Positions 59,173 through 64,000 of a DNA stretch of 64,000 bases are shown here, piece after piece. The position numbers and the translations under genes were made by a program. The notes under the pieces are model-generated. The model searched no databases and had not been told where the DNA came from. It was given only the letters and a program-made list of their open reading frames with translations. The stretch is from Macrostomum hystrix (Eukaryota; Animalia; Platyhelminthes), in contig CATNEN010000039.1 of the NCBI GenBank assembly GCA_950097015.1, forward strand, positions 19,344,001-19,408,000, read 5' to 3'. Every line of letters begins with the position of its first letter. The stretch's first letter is position 1.

Positions 59173-62100
59173 ATGGCTGAAGATGCCGACGCCGAGAACA
59201 TCAACATGGAGATGTACACGGGACCCGAGCGCGGCTCTGGCAGTGGTTCATTGTTGGAGCGAGTCAAACAGCAGGTGAACCCCGCAAGGCATTCAGTCAT
59301 GGAGAACATTCTGGCACTGATGGTGCTGCTTCTGCTGGTTGTTGTCATCGCTCTGGCTGCCACTCACGGAGGCGGCGGCGGTGGTGGTGGATCCGAGATG
59401 GCGTGCGAATCTGAGGATTGCCTCTACCGTTCTGGGTACCTGGTGAGAATTGTTTCTGAGTAGGGGGAAATATCGCATCACCACGGAATCCAACATGGAT
59501 TTGGGGGACGTCACCAAGGATTTGGGGGACGTTTGCATAGATTTGGGGGACGTTTCCATGGATTTGGGGCATTTCACCTGGATTTGGGAGACGTTTCCAT
59601 GGATTTGGGGGACGTTTCCATGGATTTGGGAGACGTTTCCATGGATTTGGGGGACGTTTCCATGGATTTGGGGACGTTTCCATGGATTTGGGAGACGTTT
59701 CCATGGATTTGAGGGACGTTTCCATGGATTTGGGAGACGTTTCCATGGATTTGGGGGACGTTTCCATGGATTTGGGGGACGTTTCCATGGATTCAGGGAC
59801 GTCACCAAACGGCCTAGCCTAGTTATATTCGTGTTATTTAAGATGAAGATTAGATCGCAGCCGAATCAACGAATAGTAAAATATGTCTCCGATTATTAAT
59901 ACCAGGTGAGTCTGCTCAACCGAACAAGTCAACCGTGCGAAAATTTCTACGCCTTCGCCTGTGGCGCGGCAGGGCAGGTGATGCCAATCAGCCCGGCCTA
60001 CCGCGAGCGCACCGTCACTGGCGAGCTGGTCAGGCAGAACGCGGACAAAATCGAAGCCATTCTTAGAGCGCCAATAAGTCGCACTTCGTCGGAGTCCTAC
60101 GAGCGCAAGCTCAAGACAATTTTTGCCACCTGCATTGACGACTTCAGAGCCGAGCGCATCAGGGGCGCCCTGTTTGCCACGCTGCTCCACAGCCAGTTCT
60201 ACGTACTGAACGGCTCCGTCATCGCTGGCTTCAATTTCGACCGTGAGCTGCTGTCAACTGTGAAAACGTTTGGTGCCGCAGCATTTTTTCAGTACAACGT
60301 CGAGCCAAACCAGCTGGACGCCGGTCGTTACACAATCTCTGTGAGTTTACGATACAATTTTAAGCACTCAATAAGAAAATACTTCACATAAAAAGTATGA
60401 ATTTCGCATTTTTTGCATTTCAGATAAGAAATGGAGGCATCGGAATGCTGCCACTGATGTATCTCTTGGAATTTGTAAGCTGACATTAGATTTGTTATAT
60501 AATTAGTTACAACTACCCCAATCAGGCCTGATGTGCAGTAGACAGCACAGCCACTGCTATTGCCCAACTATTTGAAGGCTGCGTACTGCTGTTCAGTCCA
60601 TGGACTGGGGTGACGCCACCCCAACCCTCAAATACCCCAGCTGATACTGTTACTGACTTTACAGCTGGATAAACAATGTGGAGATAAATTTCTGCTTAAG
60701 GACATAAATTGTTCAAGCGAATTCGGGCACCGAACCCCCGACCTTCAAATAGTGAGTCCGACTCTCTAACCACTAGGCGACAACCCCGTTAGAGTGTGAG
60801 AATCTGAGCAGGGGTAGATAGTGAGCAGAGTTAGTGAGCAATCAACTGCAGACGGAGCTGCGCATCAATCAAACGAGAAACTCGATTTTTCAGTATGGAA
60901 AGCAGCGCGAGTCCTATCGAGACTACATGAGATCGGTGGCCAAGCTGCTAGTAGCTGACGCTGAGCCTGGCACTGTGGAGCAGAATGGCGTTGACAGTCG
61001 CATTGAAGACTTTGTGAATGATGTAATGGAGATTGAAACAGCATTAGCCAATGTAAGTAACAAACGCCAATCGCAATCTATTCTGCTAAATCTTCTGTCA
61101 ATCTCTTTCATTTCACATCATTAGTAGGGCCTGTTGTGCAGCCTGTGGCACGGCTGCAGCTTTTGCGCCAAGGCTGTTCAGTCAAGCCACATCTACCCCA
61201 GTTTTCTACCCTTACTATCAGTTGGATGAAGTGAAGCAATAGAAAATTAAATTTCTTGCCAAGGGACAATTTAACCTTGCGACTCAAACGTCAGATCACT
61301 ATCTGTTTGAGCTGTAGGCTTTTTTTTTTAACAGTTCAGTCGCACCGCTAGCGGTCCGGAAGCCAGCAAGCCGCCTTTGGCCCCAGAGAATCAGGTGTTC
61401 CTAACGGACATGGACTCTAGTTACCCGCCTGTCCGCTGGTCTGGTCTGTTCAGCAGCACACTTGAGTCCGGAGTGCAGGGCTCAACCAAGGTTGCCCTGC
61501 TCAGCGCTGACTATGTCCGGTTGACGATGAGATACGTTGGCGAGACGCTTGTGATCTTACATCCAAGTGATTATAAGCGGTGAGAATTTCAGAGCGAATA
61601 TCATTGCAGAACCTTATCTTTTCTCCTGAAGGAAGAGTTCCGCTTGCATCAGTAAGCACGGCAGCAGTTACAGTCAGGAGGACTCTCTGATAGTGCAAAA
61701 GTCCTCCGAAGTAGGAGTTCCGCTTGTTTACAAATAGGCGGCAGCAGTTACAGTCAGGGGGGGTAGAACTATAATTCAAAATTCCTCCAAAGGAGGAGTT
61801 ACACCCTGGAGCCATAGGCAGACAGCGTTTGTAGACAATCTTCACTATAAGTTGCATTACAATAAGTGGCAAAATAAGAAGGGGTTGCACCTTCAAGTTT
61901 TCTACAAAAAAGTTAATTAAACAACCAATTGCCAGGAAGCTGTCAAACTACCTGAACTGGCAGGTGATTCGGGTCTACACAGGTGACCTATCCAGTGCCT
62001 ATGTTCACGCTAAGCGCGAATTTGAGTCCAGTTTATCATCGAGCAGCTATGTTTACCAGAGCAGGCTAGATTATTGCTTTAATAGGGTGAAATCCTTCAT

Positions 62101-64000
62101 GCCGCTGGGCCTCAACAGTCTATTTGTAGCCGATCACCTGGTCGACTCCAGCAAGAAGGCCGTGAGTTACCTCAGTACTTTTCTTTGTTTACTGCCACTC
62201 CCTCACTCTCATTTCTCATCGCCATACCTCTTCCCTTTGTCTACTCTAAATCTCTCTCATTGGTCATATCCTGATCGTTTCGCTTTCTGTCATTTAGGTG
62301 GACAGCCTCTACAAGACTCTGCAAGCCAGCGTAGTTAGCGCCATCGACCGCTTGTCCTGGATTGACTCCGGCGCAAGGGCCAAGATGAAGGCTAAAATTC
62401 AGGCTGTGGTGGACAAAATAGGATACTCCAGCTCTGAAATCGAGGACCAGTTTCTTGATGAATATTATAAGGAGGTAAACATCTTGAAATGAAAGTCCAC
62501 CATATGGATCAAAGTTTCCGCCTATTACGATGAACTAACTCTCAAAGCGTTCCGAATTCAAAATCTTCAAGATATTCAGCCATTCTTATCGAAGACACTG
62601 TTGACAAGGACAACTAGCATGGCTTTGTATAAAACTCCTTGACGAATACATATCGGCTAGATCATATTATTATTAACAATATTCTTGCGTTTGTTTGTTC
62701 TTCCGTTCTCTAATTAGGATGTGCTGTATGAAGAAACTTGATTATTTTCAAGTCAGTAACCTCCATATGCCACTTTCAAATCCGTCAGCTCGCAGTCGAG
62801 GGAGACTATCCAATGATGGACATCTCAATCAGCTGGCAGAATTTCAGGCGCCTGAAGCTGGGCTCATTGCTTGGCAGTGTGCAGCAGGCCTCTGAATGGA
62901 GCGGCGCCACGTTTGATGTGGCACTCACAATGACGCCCAAATCTCAGTTAACAATACCGGCTGGAATCCTGCAGTGGCCATTTTTCTCCCAAAACCTGCC
63001 AGGATACATCAACTTTGCCACCATCGGACAGAGAATGGCGGCGGAGCTAATCAAGGCGGTGGATGCCACTGGTTTGCAACCGGGACGGGAGAAATTCAGG
63101 GTGTATAATCCCAAAGCGAGAATTTTAGGATACATCATAATAAAAATCCAAAAATAATGACTGTCATATGGACTGAAAATTCTGTAGAAACAAAGACCAT
63201 AGGTGAAGTGGGATAAAATGGTTAGTTGCATCCATTAGTTCATCGTCTTTTCAGTCTATATGTTTTAATGCTAAAACGGCCCTTTTTGGGACCTCCAAAT
63301 AAGAATTATCACGTTGTAGGATACCGAATCTAAAAGGGAGAATTCCAATCTAAATACCTCATTTAGGTTGTTAAGGACTAGAAATGGCTTGAGTAATTGT
63401 TAATTTAAGATAGGAGAACAAAGTAAACAAGATCCAGCTCAACACACTCCCCGATCAGGCCAGCGGACTGATCAACTGGGCAACTTAAATCCCATGTGGT
63501 CGGAGTCGACAAGCCGAGCCTACTTGGCCAAGGCGCAGTGCCTGAACTCCAGCTATGCTGGAATCAAGGCCGGGCCATATATTGTCGGCAATCGGACCTA
63601 TAACGTAAGAGCTTGTCCAACGTGTACGCTATTATCATATTCTAAATCAACGTTATACCAAACAAGTCTACACCATCATATCTTCAAATTGTACTGTTGC
63701 ATGATCCTATCAATGTACACCCTGTCTATGTTAAGATCTAATATGGATAATCTTTATAATTTTCCGCAAGCAATAGTATCGATTATCTAAACTCTTGACG
63801 ATACTACTTACTCCAGGAGACTGTCAGTAGTATGCGTCACTGTTATTTAATTCGCCCGTACATATACTCAGACACGGGTAATGCTCTATTCCAAAGCCCA
63901 CAGTTCAATCTTCCAATTAAATTCCAGGTTGACATTAGCCAGATTATTGTTCGGACCCTGCGTTCGGCAATAGCCGAAACGGACTCTCTCAGGCTAGTTG
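59173..64000 (+). CDS. Neprilysin/ECE (peptidase M13) homologue, type II membrane protein, zinc ligands absent; 3' end beyond the window
   Basis: N-terminal TM, CESEDC, LNRTSQPCENFYAFACG, FATCID, EIETALAN, NYLNWQV, LSWIDSGAR, KIGY, IPAGILQWPFF, WSESTSRAYLAKAQCL across about 9 GT-AG exons. Confidence 0.88.
59490..59805. repeat. 21-bp intronic minisatellite (CCATGGATTTGGGGGACGTTT)n
   Basis: Direct tandem repeat. Confidence 0.95.
60510..60790 (-). mobile_element. SINE family B, intronic
   Basis: Reverse complement of 56535-56800, with a tRNA-like head at about 60720-60790. Confidence 0.8.
61125..61280 (-). mobile_element. Degenerate SINE family B, intronic
   Basis: Patchy similarity (GGCTGTTCAGTC, GAAGCAAT, TCTTGCCAAGGGAC). 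Confidence 0.55.

Overview
Eukaryotic, repeat-rich invertebrate genomic DNA with short GT-AG introns and many minisatellites. The style fits a macrostomid flatworm such as Macrostomum, but that is an inference. Host genes: an F-type lectin + PAN/apple gene; a large NIDO-AMOP-vWD-EGF-SEA single-pass mucin-like gene; an AMPA/kainate-like ionotropic glutamate receptor with a genomically encoded Arg at the Q/R site; an intronless secreted PAN + LamG protein; two tandem, nearly identical copies of a 291-aa orphan type I membrane protein that differ almost only in one 21-codon hypervariable patch; two small Cys-rich secreted protein genes; and a neprilysin/M13 homologue lacking all zinc ligands, which runs off the window end. 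The 23-51 kb region is a nested DNA-transposon cluster: IS630-Tc1-mariner elements with DD30E spacing, P/THAP remnants and MITEs, a hAT MITE, and a Crypton-like tyrosine-recombinase remnant with non-autonomous relatives. Two tRNA-derived SINE families are scattered across the window. The most striking element is a full-length Ingi-like LINE (51310-55727, minus strand, 12-bp TSD). It begins exactly at a minimal HDV-like ribozyme, has no AUG of its own before the endonuclease, and encodes the ubiquitin C-terminal sequence VLRLRGG where related elements carry a 2A peptide. All coordinates and exon calls were made by eye.
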